From Rhina ancylostomus (Eukaryota), in contig JARFYF010000046.1 in NCBI GenBank assembly GCA_030265395.1, positions 18,985,378 through 19,049,377 of the forward strand: a DNA stretch of 64,000 nt, read 5' to 3'. The notes under the pieces are model-generated. The model was not told the origin of the DNA and did no database searches. It worked only from the letters and a program-made list of their open reading frames with translations. Positions 1-12,320 of this stretch are shown here, in pieces (positions within the stretch are counted from its first letter, which is position 1; every line of letters starts with the position of its first letter). Made by a program: the position numbers and the translations under genes.

Positions 1-425
1 GGTCCACTCAGACAAGTATTCCCCTGGAGCTGTGGAGGCCTGATAGAAGTTTATAAAATTGTGAGAAGCATAGACAGAATGGACAGCTGGTATCTTTCTC
101 CCCCCCCCCCCACCAAGTTGAAATGTCTAATATTAGAGAACATGCACTTGAGAAGAGACAAGTTCTAAGGAGATGTGCAGGACAAGTTTTATTTTTACAC
201 CGAGTGGTGGGTGCCTGGAATGCACTGTCAGGTGCAGTGGTGGAGGCAGATACGACAGAGGCATTAAGAGGCTCTTGGATAGGTACATGAATGTGCAGGG
301 AATGGAGGGATATAGATCTTGTGCAGGCAGAAGGGATAGCTTAATTAGGCATCATTAGCTTAATTAGTTCGGCGCAACATCATGGGCTGAAGGGCCTGTT
401 CCTGTGGTCCACTGTTCTATGCTTT
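1..425 (+). mobile_element. CR1 LINE 3' end
   Basis: Typical CR1 ORF2 end and 3'UTR (gaagtttataaaatt...catgggctgaagggcctgttcctgt). Confidence 0.8.
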
Positions 426-1189
426 AAGTACAACAGGGCAGAAACCCCATCACCATATAGATTCTACTGGAATCCCCCCTTTCAAAAGCATCTGGGCTTC
501 AGAACCGTATTCTGAAAATAGAAAAAACTCTACTATTGGGGATCACATAACCGCTTCCAAACACATAACCCATAAGCCACATCTAATGTTTGAGAGCTGA
601 TTTCTGTAATCTTTTTCACACTGCACTCACCCACAAGCACTTATGATATTCCCTGTGGAACTGAGAAAATGCAAGGANNNNNNNNNNNNNNNNNNNNNNN
701 NNNNNNNNNNNNNNNNNNNNATTAAAAAATACCATTGATCTTTTAGTTAAAAACTTACTTGGTATTTGTCCAAAAATTGAAAGATCCTCAAAAGGAGTGA
801 GCCATTAGCTCAATAAGAGCATACGAGTCAAAAACTATAGTCTTTGAACCCTATTCCAGGCATTACTGGGAAGCAGAGATTGATGTTCTTGCCAGAATTC
901 TGGGCTGACATCCAAATAGATACTGGTGTCCAGAGGATGTAGGTCCCTTCCTGATCTTTCTCACCATACAGTACTAACCAGCCTTTCAACAAATAAATTT
1001 GGCCAAAACTCTCTGTATGTGGCAAACCAACAGAATGTGCAAATCCTTTTAATACCCAACACTATTCTGTCCAAGGGAGAAATGATCAGGATAATGTCTT
1101 CAAATAGTTATTTCTTAATAAATTAGATGTTCAAGGATATATGCACATTACCTCATCAACCCAACTGTTTATCTGTCATTTGCATTGCA

Positions 1190-1610
1190 ACCAACCTCCC
1201 GTCCATTGACTCTGTTTACACTTCCCACTGCTTTGGGAAAGCACCCAACATAATCAAGGAGCCCTTCTACTCTAGTCATTCTCTCCTCTCCTGTCAGACA
1301 GGAGATACAAAAGCCTGAGTGCACTATCCACCAGTCTCAAGGATAGCTTCTATCCCACTACTACAGACTCATGAACAGACTCTCTCATATGCTAAAAGGT
1401 GAAATTTTGATCTCCCAATCTACCAGGTTGTGGACCTTGCACTTTATTTGCCTACATGCACTGCACTTCCTTTGCATCTGCAACACTATTCTGTATTCCG
1501 TTTTCTTTTTACTACCTCGATGTAATTACGTATGGCATAATCTGTCTGGATGGCATGTAAGACAAGTTTTTCCACTGTATCTTGGTACATGTAACAATAA
1601 TAAACCAATA
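1190..1610 (+). mobile_element. LINE 3' end (Rex1/Babar-like)
   Basis: cacttcccactgctttgggaaagcacccaacataatcaagg...aataataaaccaat; same family as 23270-23740 in the opposite orientation. Confidence 0.6.
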
Positions 1611-4009
1611 TCAAGCTGGATTCATTTGGATTTCTAGGACGTGGCCGATAATTACAAAACATCACCCTGAGGTCAAGACATGTTGATGGTGAAGAGCAGA
1701 ATGATAAAACTGCAAGTTCCTCATGAACATTCCCCCCCTCCCCAAACATTAACATTCCCCTTTGTATGCAGTATGCTCAGACTGCAGAGTACTGTTTACT
1801 TTAATGGAAAAATACTTTACATACATGACCTCATTTAATACAAAGGGTCTTCTGTGTACCTCCACAATTCATATTCAGAAATCTGCAGTTGGCTGTTACT
1901 TGCTTTAGAACTTTACCTTATCATTTCAGCTGTACAGCATCTATATAAAAAAAATTGTACGAGGGACAGTAACTGAGACAAAACCCAACAATGAGTTATT
2001 GTGCGTCTTCTACTAACAGCTGGGATTGCTTTCAAAGTACTATAACTCATTCAAGTTGTGCCCAGCTTCTCTATTCATTGGGATGGCAGGCTCTGCCAAA
2101 CTGCCACAGTAGCACATTTATAGTTTTGACACATTGAAAAAATCATCCTCTTAGGCTGATCATTTTATTGCAGATTGAAGTTGTCATATGCTTAAATGCG
2201 TTGTCTCTCTAGTCTGATTGAAATACATTTTCTGCAATTCACGTTCACATACCTTTTTTTCTTGATGCCACCAAGAGTAANNNNNNNNNNNNNNNNNNNN
2301 NNNNNNNNNNNNNNNNNNNNNNNNNNNNNNNNNNNNNNNNNNNNNNNNNNNNNNNNNNNNNNNNNNNNNNNNNNNNNNNNACCAAGAGTAAAAATCTGCT
2401 TTTAGAAAAATGGAACTCAGCTATACATAGAATGAAATTCTGAAGCATGATCTTCAGCCCACGACAAGGACCAGTGTAAACCAAAAGTAGAATGAAAGTC
2501 TTCTGTTCATCTCAAAGATATCAGGCAGTGCAAATGCAGATATGCAGCCAGCTGGACACCGTATGTAATGAAAAGGCCATGCAGGGAGAGACCACAATGT
2601 ACATTTGCAGTGTAAACAGGACCAAAAAGTCAATTAATCTCAGTTTTGGTAACCCAAACCCTCTACTGGATCACGTACAGTAGATCAACAAGGTACCTTT
2701 AATAGAGCAAAACATCCCAGGGCACTTCACAGGAGTGCAACCAAACAAAAATGGATAGCAAGCCACATGAGGAGATGATGGGCAGATGACCAAAAGTTTG
2801 GTCAATGAGGTAGGGTTCTGAGCAGTTTATTAAAAGGAAAGTAAGGAAACATAGGGATTAAGGGAGGAATTCCACAACTTGGTAGCTAAACGTATGGTCA
2901 CCAAATGGTGGAGCAATTAAATTTAAAGATGATCCAGCCAACAATTGATTGTGTGCATATTTCTTTGATGGTCCCACAGATAATTTGAGACAAGGAGAAG
3001 TTAGGCCATATGGGGATTTGAAGATAAGAATCTTAAAATCAAGATGTTGTTAAACCAGTTGAACAACAAAAATTAAACTGTTTTAAATCTGATTTTAAAA
3101 ATTAAGCAACTAAATGAGCCTACCCAATTTTGCTCTTGTCTTTTTTGTAGCTCTTCAACTGGGATCTTACATTTGGAAGTTACAATTAAACTTGTATTAA
3201 ATCATTGAAAAATCTCTAAGATATTAAAATTGGCTAATAATTTTAAAATGTCACACTTTTTTGGTTTCTCACTTTTCCAAAAAAGTCATGGAACAATTGG
3301 AAATAGGAAATTTTATATACAAATTTTATATATAAGTTTTATACATAAAATTTCCTCTATTTTGTTTTTATACATAATATAACATGCTACATGGCAACAT
3401 TTCTACAATGGGATTGGTGGCATTAGTGATCAACATAATGGGCTAGTATGCATTAACTGAGCAGTAAATAGACAAACAGTGTCTCATTAATAAAGCACTC
3501 TGTTCTCAAGATGTCCCACTTTACAGCTAAAAAAACGTCTTGTTTTTGAAACATGGTCTTTGGTCTTTTGTAGATAAATACACCAGCCTATACACACAGA
3601 GACAGGCCCCACAAAGAGCAAATAATATGAACAACTAATTCATTTATTTTCAGCAGGTTTGGTCAGGAATATTTGTAGGCCAGATATTGGCAAAACCCTC
3701 ATGTTCTTTAAATGGTGTCATAACATCTATTATGTCCATCTGAATAGCCAATTGGAACCAGAGTTTAACATCAACTGAAAGAGAGTAAGTCCAACAATGT
3801 AGCACTCCCTCAAGTAAAGCAGTGTGTGTGTATCAGTGGCTCAGTAAAAAGCATTCTCAGTGCTTTAAAGGTCACAGGGACTATTCCAAAAACTTGAGCA
3901 CAAATCCTATCTGATACCACATGCAGAACCAATGGTGTGCTGCCTTTGGGATGAGATGTCAAACTCCCAGCTGCCTTCTCAGAGAGATGCCAAATTTCCC
4001 ATGGTATTA

Positions 4010-4800
4010 AGAGTAAAAAATAAACTGCTGGAGGAACTCAATATCTGTGGAGGTAAAGGGATGGTCAATGTTTTAGATCGAGACCCTGCATCAGGACTGA
4101 GTGCAGGGGCCAGGTAGTATAAAGAGGTGAGAGGGAGGGTGAAGACAGGGGCTGTGAGGTGACATTGGTCACTATTTCCATTTTCACACCCCCTCCAAAG
4201 GTAGCGAGAACCTTGGTGGACAGGTAGGAGGGAAAAGGAACACAGGGGATGTGGGCTACCAATTGGATAAGTCAATATCCATACCAATGAACTGTAGGCT
4301 ACCCAGGTGGAACAAGAGGTGGTTCTTCTAGTTTGCGTTTGACTTCACTGTTGGTGTGGAGAGGGCTGAGGATAGACAGATCAGTGTGCGAATGGGTGGG
4401 GGAGTTGAAAGGACATGCAGCTGGGAGTTCAGGATGGCCGTTGCCAACAGAACACAGGTGCTCTGCAAAATGGTTGCCTAGTCTACCCTTGGTCTTGCCA
4501 ACATAGAGGAGGCCGCATTGCAAGCACTAAATGCAATAAATGTGGTTGGAGGAGGTGCATATGAATCTCTGTCTCCATTGGAAGGGCCATTTAGGTCCCT
4601 GGATGGTGGTGAGAGGTGAAGGGATGTGTTGCAGGGGAAAGTGCCAGAGGACGGGATGAATGGACCAGGGAGTCACAGAGAGGGTGGTCCCTGCAGAAAG
4701 CAGATTAGGGGAAGGGGTGGTGAAGAGGGGAAGATGTGACTGTTGGTGAGATCCTGTTGCAGCTGGTAAAAATGGTGAAGGATAATGAGCTGGATACAGA
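4010..4800 (-). mobile_element. Penelope-like retroelement fragment (GIY-YIG endonuclease region)
   Basis: ORF 4299-4523 CGLLYVGKTKGRLGNHFAEHLCSV...HTDLSIL...RKLEE fits the Penelope YIGET-RL-RF-EH pattern; terminal motif ctgctggaggaactca. Confidence 0.8.
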
Positions 4801-7800
4801 TATATGTTGCCATGGTATCAGATGGATGAAAAGCAGGGGAATCACCTCATACCTTGGTCAATACTTACAATTAACATCACTAAACAGATTACCTGGTCAT
4901 TATACTAATGCAATCTGTGGGCTGCTGTTATTGTGTACAAATTGGCTGACACCTTCCCATATATTACAAGTGAGTATACTTCAAAAATGCTTCATTTTCT
5001 GTATATCCACATTATATCTTAAAGAGTGCTATAAAAATACACTTTGTACACAGATTCAGCTGATATTTTATGATCAAGAACAGAGTAGAGTTTGTACTAT
5101 AACCTTTCATCTCAGGAAATAAGAACTCTATCACTTATGTAAGCTGACATGTAGAACTTTAAAAATCAAGATATCCATGGAGCTTTACTTTTATAATAAA
5201 GTCATAATATCAAGGAATAAGATCATGCAAACCCATGCACAGTACCATAGCGAAGGATCAATTTGCCTCAGTTGGTAAGATTCAAATCAGAAGAAAGTTC
5301 AAACCCTCTCCAAATTTAAGCATGCAATCCACTCCTGTACCGTGGAAGTGATGCATTATTTAAGATATTATCCTTTGAGCAAAACATAGCAATTTCATAC
5401 CCGTCTTTCCTTATGTAAAGACTCATAGCAAAATTTAATGACAGACACACCTAGAAGCAAGTTAATTAGTTTCATTACTGATTGCAGGATCTATCTGCTC
5501 TCAAACACGCCATCAGCCATCACCTCCATTTGCTCATGTTTCAACAGCAAGTGCATTCCCAAATAGTCACTATGTGTTGTGCTTTGAAGCATTCACAATG
5601 CTTTAAAAATCTTTTCATGTTATATGAAAATATGTTGTTTTCATTTCATGCTTCTGAAGTCCTACCATCAAAGGCAATTTCATTCTAAAATCAAAAAAAT
5701 GACATTGTAACAAAGTCAGTGCTGCAGCAGTTGTACAACTATCTTAAGTACACAAAATGAAACAATCCCCACATACACAGCCTTGTCAGCTAGTTTATTG
5801 AAGAAACATTGGCCAAATGTCACTAATCCAGTCATAAGGACAAACTGGTACAGAAATTTCATTCAACAAGGTCATTGTGCAAATTGCATATGCCTTCTGT
5901 CTCAAGCCACGAACAGAGGCCTACAGACCAGCTGCTTGGTTGCTCTGCCTGCGGAAGCCGAGAAACTCTCATCCAAGATTCACATAAACACGTCACAGAA
6001 TTCAATAGACCAAGGTGTGTCCACGTTCTCATTATATTATCATTGGTCAGAATTGAGAGGCTGTCTAGTTCCTTTTTCAAATTTGTAGTGAAGTTGTTAA
6101 TCACAAATGACAATACTGGAATTAGTTCACCTAATATTGATTTTTCATGCTACACAATTCAAAATTGACTCTAACCAGAAGGAATGACGTAAGCAATCAC
6201 TCCCAGCAGAAAATGCAACAACTACACAATTGGACCAAACATTTCCAGCTCTGATTCACCTTAGTGCACAAGGCCTTTTCCCAGCATAATGATATCAACC
6301 ATCATGCAACGCACACTTTACCCCTTGCACTTTAATCTGGAGTTCCCAAATCTAGAAAATGATCATCATTGGACTGTCACAAAAAAACTAGTACCAAAGT
6401 GTCACTTTGCTTATGACAGANNNNNNNNNNNNNNNNNGCATAACTCAATGGAGCCTTACCCCTAAACAAGCCAATTGTGCTCAGTCTGTGCCCAAATACC
6501 ACACGTTTGGGTGAATGCAATTAATGAGAAAATGACATTGTTTTCAGCTCAATAAGCACCCTTCAGGTAGGCTAATTGTGGGCTGGGTGTGACAGGTGAA
6601 TCACAGAGAGTAGTTGACCTTGGTGGGGGAAGGAGACACAGAAATGTACAATTGTAAAGATAGTCTCCCCCAAGGCAACCTGTGTGCCAGTGGTGACTGC
6701 CTGCCACAAGGACTATATCTTTAAAAACTAATGTTCTTTTCTGAGTGCAGCAGTGATAATGATACTACTCCCAACCATACCTGCACAGGTACCAATTCAA
6801 GGCCTATTTTAAGGCAGAAATTACACCAATGCTGTAACACACCACCTTAACCAATTTTGCAATCCTTTCGAAGGACCTGATCTGGTGCCAGTGCTACATG
6901 CAACATTATTTTAGTGTATGAAAAAGTTGCAAGTTCTTGGCATAACTTCCTTTAGCTAAGAAGGTTTTTGAACCAATAAAAATTTTGAGGGAAAAGGAGA
7001 GAGTTTTGTATCAATGTCAGTCTTAGCCTTTATGAAATCCTTCCCGAAATGCCTGGCACTGAAGATGAGCCAGCATTATGCAATTATGCTCAGATATCTA
7101 AAGGACAACTATTACTAACTGACAACTGCAAGCTATATTCTCAGCCTAGAGATGCCGTCAAATCAGATGGTATCCAAACAGAAGGGCAAGCCACACTGGA
7201 AAGTTTTACTTCATGTGTGCTTCTACAGGGTGCCGGTTCGTGGGCAAGCATCTTTCCTGTTTCAAAATTGGGCAATTGGACATCCAGCTAAAAACACTTC
7301 AGTGAATGCAGGATTTTAAATTGTTTGCAAATAAAGTGATAAATACTTCAGTATCATTATTCAACATAAATTATGCTTAAAGCAACCAATGCACATTTTT
7401 GACAAAGAGAAATGCACAACATTTTTTTAAAGAAAATAGTTTGCAATGAAGTACATCAACAAGCTGCTTTTTATTTAACTGCAGATACTAATTATACATG
7501 GGATAAAAAATGACAATTTTAAATCAAATAAATCTGTTGCTGGAAATAGAAAGGTTGTGCTTTCTCAAGGGTTATTTTACAGCCTTCAAACATGAATAGA
7601 TTTATGCCAGGACTTACACTGCGTCATTTCTCAATTAACCAACTATGGAGTCAATATTTACAACCATAAATATCATGGTGTAATACAGTATTGTAATCTT
7701 TTCACAATTATTAGGCTAGTTCTAGAAATCATTAACAATCAATCAGTTATGTTCACAAGTCCCATGTGTTATATAAATGTTGTTTGAAGATAGTAATTGG

Positions 7801-9486
7801 TGATACTTTTTAAAAAGAAATCTGTTTTTTTTGCAAAACACTGAATCTAATTCAAGTTCAATGTTCCTGGAATGATGCAATTAATCATTGGGTAAAAGTA
7901 ATCAAACAAGTTAAGTAACCAGCTCATGTTTCTCATTGAAGCAGAAAGTTATTAGCTCAACTGGTTAAGACTCGCTAGACCAGGTATCTGTCTTAAGTCT
8001 TTTAGGCAATCAAGTTCAGAAGACACACCCTGTCTTTACAAAACAATTGAAATTGGATTCAACACTAGAACAAGCAATATTTTTGAAAGGCGTAGAAAAG
8101 ACCGTTCCTGTTCTAATAGAGGTTAAATATCAATTGACCTGATGTCTCAAAAGGAGTCCGCCTTGCTAGTTAAAATTACAATTACTTTTATGAAAGGGGC
8201 TGCAATACAATTTGGTATCAATGGTTCTTCAAACTGGCTCCACTGGTAACAGATGAAGTGAAGGAAACATTACATTTCAACCCACTTTTTCTCCACCCAT
8301 GCGGTATTCTCTTCATGAAACATAATAAAAAAAAGCAACCTTAAAATTAATTTATAATTTAAATTTTATCATTAATAAGATTATGGACCTTTCTATTACC
8401 AGCCCTTAGTAAAACAAACAAATCTCCCAACTAGTAGCAACTCTTACCTGATTTGGATGCGCGAATCTGGCAGCCCTGATTCTGTTCATTCAAACTGATG
8501 CTGATTAGCAAAGAACTACACAGTCTTCCTTTCATGAATTACAACAATTACTAAAGTGATCACTGACACACTCAAATGAACAGGCTATGACAAAAATGTG
8601 CAGTTTTAGGCAAGTCTGGGGTTAGTGACTGAAATAATTTTACACTGTCAATATTTTTTTCTAAAAAGCAAGATTTACTCTGGGATAACGGATTTGGGAC
8701 AAAGTGTTAGAAAAATAAGCTGGGAGAAAATGCTATGTACACACCTGATTTCCACTGCACAAAGGCGCTCTTGCAGTCTATTGATACTTGCGTCACCAAC
8801 ACCACTCCGTCAATGATGATTACTGCTATACAAGTTTAGCAAACACTAATCTCTTTCAGGAGATCATGGTCCTTATTGTTTTGAAAGTTCATGTTTTGCA
8901 CATAGAAATTAGTCTACTCAGGTATTTTTGTATTCAGAAATAGCAGAAAATCCAGCCCCCTCAAAAAAAATTTGCAATATTGGTCAAAAGCAAGCACATA
9001 GCAGCATTTGGACGTTTTATAAAACACAATTTACACTGTTCCCATCAGCACCATGACAAATTCAGCAGAGGGGCTGACACTTTGCTGTGCAATAATCAAA
9101 AGAAAGGCAATAACTCTTAAAGGCACATACCCGATGGCAGTTGGATAGCAGCAACATAACATGACTTCCATCGAGGAGAGCGTTCCCAGAGTTTGAGAGG
9201 GACACCTCTCATCTCATCTCTGGCTTATGTGGAGCAGTTGCAAACAATTTTTTCACTGTTAATAAATACTCGATAAAGGAAATCTTTTTTTAATTGGAGT
9301 AGGTCAACTTGAAAAGTGATGGCTTGTACTCAGTACAGTGAATCGGAAGAACATAAATGCATGCTCATACCAATCACTTAAACCTATTTTAAACTGTTTC
9401 ATGCACATAGTGTAGCCAGCCTTGGCAGAGTTAATTTACTGCCATTCCCAGCCATCCTGAGAAGGTATGACCAGCTTCTCCTCGTA

Positions 9487-9760
9487 GGCGTGGTAGTGTA
9501 GCGGTTAGCATAATGTTATTACAGCACCAGCAACTCGGGTTCAATTCCAGCCACTGCCTGTATGAAGTTTGTACATTCTCCCCGTGTCTGCGTGGGTTTC
9601 CTCCCACGTTCTAAAGACGTATGGGTTAGGAAGTTGTGGGCATGCTATGTTGGCACCAGAAGCACGATGACACTTGCAGGCTGCCTGCAGAACACTCTGT
9701 GCAAAAGATGCATTTCACTGTGTGTTTTGATGTACATGTGACTGGTAAAGATATCTTGTC
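9487..9760 (+). mobile_element. tRNA-derived SINE (V-SINE-like)
   Basis: A box gtgtagcggttagc, B box gggttcaattcc, then gtttgtacattctccccgtgtctgcgtgggtttcctcc core. Confidence 0.8.
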
Positions 9761-11313
9761 TCTTGCAAAACTGCAAGTGTTCTCATGATGCTTCTCTGTC
9801 ATTAGATCAGAATTATAAACACATCATCTCTTTGTTGTCTTTATCAGGGTTGTGCTTGACCTAGAAAAGGAACTTGCAAGCATTGGTATTTCGACGGTTA
9901 TTGTGCTCTTGATCTTTCCGCAGTAAAGATTGCAGGTGCAGTCAAGGTAACACTTTAAAACAGCACCTAGAAATAACTGGTTGCAAAGTGACTTTAAGGT
10001 CACAGAGATAAGGAGTCAAAGCAGTCAATCCACCTTTAACCAGACAATAGCAATGTGATGAGTGGAATGCAACAGTTTAGTGTAAAATATGTACAATGAA
10101 AAGTTCACGAGACAAGACAGGGATTTCAAAAACTTGATCATTTTAGAAGACACCAAATGCAGCAATGTCATATTTCATTAAAATTACTGATGATACAACA
10201 GTATAATCAATTAGTTCTGCATTAGAAGCACTTCTTCAATACCTTCCAAATTGTCAATTATTCACAGCACCTGCTTCACAATAACATACATGATCAACTT
10301 TAGATATGCTTCCAAGGACATAGCCACAAAATCTATGCAGGAGCTTATCCTGAAGCATGCTTTAACTCAGTAGGCAAATGTTTTTTCTAAATCTTAAAAA
10401 CAGGAAATGCTGAAAAAGTTCAGCAGGTCAGGTAATATCTGTGGAAAGGGAAATGGTCACCTCTACAAGGTCTCTTTCCACAGATGCTGCTGACTTTTTC
10501 CAGCATTTTCTATTTTTAACTTTAGATTTCCAGCACCTTCTGTGTTTGATTTTCATTTACTTTTATTTTGAAAGAAAAGCTCATTTATGTACAAGGTTGT
10601 AGCTGAACATTTGAAAACCACCTCCAAATGGCACATTAACCAAGTTTATAATGCAATATTTAAAGCTTCCTTCCTAATTTTTTGTTCAATTATATACATG
10701 ATAACTTAAAGCTAATTTGACCAAAGAACTATTTGCCCATTTCCTTCAACTTTATTACACCAAGGTGAGAAACCTAATCCTGGAGGATGTTGGTGTAAAA
10801 TTTAACACAAGAATAAACAAGAATTGTAAATCTGTGGCAACATGTCCTCAGGGCACAAAGTGTAGCTCAATTTGTGAAGATTTCCTCCATTCGGTAATTC
10901 AAAGACTATGATCAACATTATTTCATTACTTTACACTTTGCTGGCTATAGCACACCAAGGAAATATTTACAGTGGTCAGTCATAAGAAACAGCAACTTAA
11001 GGAACTAACAGCATATCTGATACTTAATATAAAGAAATTAGTAGTGCCTTCCCTCATTAACCAAACCCCTGCTATGAGCCTCAACCAGTCTAACTCCCAC
11101 GAGCTGCCCTAAGTTAATAGACCATTACTATTTATCTCAAGTATTAAATATTTATCTTCTAAATTTTTCAAATGTATTTGCTCACTCACTAAAAGCTGTG
11201 AATTTTTCAGCAGTATTTGAGTGCACAGTTTATTAGGCAGAGTGGATCAAATCAGGTTAATGATGAAATATTCCAGTCAAAGATTTTAACAAAATTGGAT
11301 TTATATAGTTTTA

Positions 11314-12030
11314 GTTAGGCAGAGATCTAGCTTTATTCTTGGGAGCGCAATGAATGAATTATTTGCCTTTTATGTTAAAATGTCAATTTAACTACTCAAT
11401 GGTAGGGTAATTGACAAGGAAAACCATGGAGACCAATAATATAGGAGGGTGTCTCCTCTATCTCTGCTACCTCTTTGCCATTAGAGATAAACTGTAACTG
11501 TCCTGTATATTCACATTAAAATTGTAAAATTGGAGCAAAAAAAATCATATGCTTGGATATTCAATTTCATAATAATTTCCAGTGTTATGCAATTGAAAAT
11601 TGATTTTTCAATGAGTGAAGCATGATAGGAAACCGTTCTGGATCATTTGCGTCACTCAGAGAATTTAATTGGATGCTTCCTTTTGGAAATCACCCTTGCA
11701 AACCCAACAAAATTCCCACATCAGGGCCACACAGCCGAGCATCACCCCCCCCACGCGACATTCATTTTGGGGTATTGAAGGGGTACCAGAGACAGCTTTC
11801 ACAGGGCACTACCATTCCTTCCAGCGCAGCACCCACCTGGGACAGTCACAGAGCACAGAAACAGGCTCTTCAGACAGTCATGTCTATGCTAACCATCAGG
11901 TTAGGCATTTGGTTAGGCAGAGATCCAGCTTTATTTTTGGGAGTGCTATGAATGAATTGTTTGCCTTTTATGTTAATGGTATGTCAACTTAACTACTCAA
12001 TGGGAGGGTAATTGACCAGAGAACCACGGA
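11314..12030. repeat. ~117-bp diverged direct repeat (11314-11430 and 11912-12030)
   Basis: gttaggcagagatc(t/c)agctttatt...atgaatgaatt...gccttttatgttaa...aactactcaatgg...gggtaattgac...aacca(t/c)gga present twice about 600 bp apart. Confidence 0.9.
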
Positions 12031-12320
12031 TATTAACCATCAATATTAATCCTATTTTCCAGCACTTGCCATTCTATGCCGTGGTGCTTCCAGATTTCAA
12101 CCTCACTCAGGGTGAACAAATTCTTCCTCCCATCCCCTCTAAATCTCTTATCCCTTAAGGTAAACCTATGCCATCTGGTTATAGACACCTCTGCTAAAGG
12201 GAAAGGTCTCTCACTACTGATGCTCCTCATAATTTTGCGTACCTCTGTCAGGATCCCCTCTGTCTTCTCCACTTCAAAGAAAACAAAGCCAGCCTATCCA
12301 GTTTCTCCAATCATATTGAA
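12030..12320 (-). mobile_element. CR1 LINE fragment
   Basis: Minus ORF LTEVRKIMR...FPLAEVSITRWHRF...RKNLFT matches the CR1 ORF2 terminus. Confidence 0.75.

Noticed and set aside
759-834. Minus-strand donor CAA|GTAAGT preceded by LRIFQFLDKYQ, reminiscent of the HIP1R exon-1 end
   Set aside because: An in-frame stop lies upstream with no in-frame ATG, and the nearest acceptor gives 76 nt with a stop; not the HIP1R exon-2 sequence.
3301-3362. AT-rich palindrome (a similar one at about 45914-45945)
   Set aside because: Short, low-complexity arms expected from slippage or template switching in AT-rich DNA.
9487-9560. tRNA-like A and B boxes
   Set aside because: No complete cloverleaf and it continues into a SINE core, so it is a SINE head and not a tRNA gene.
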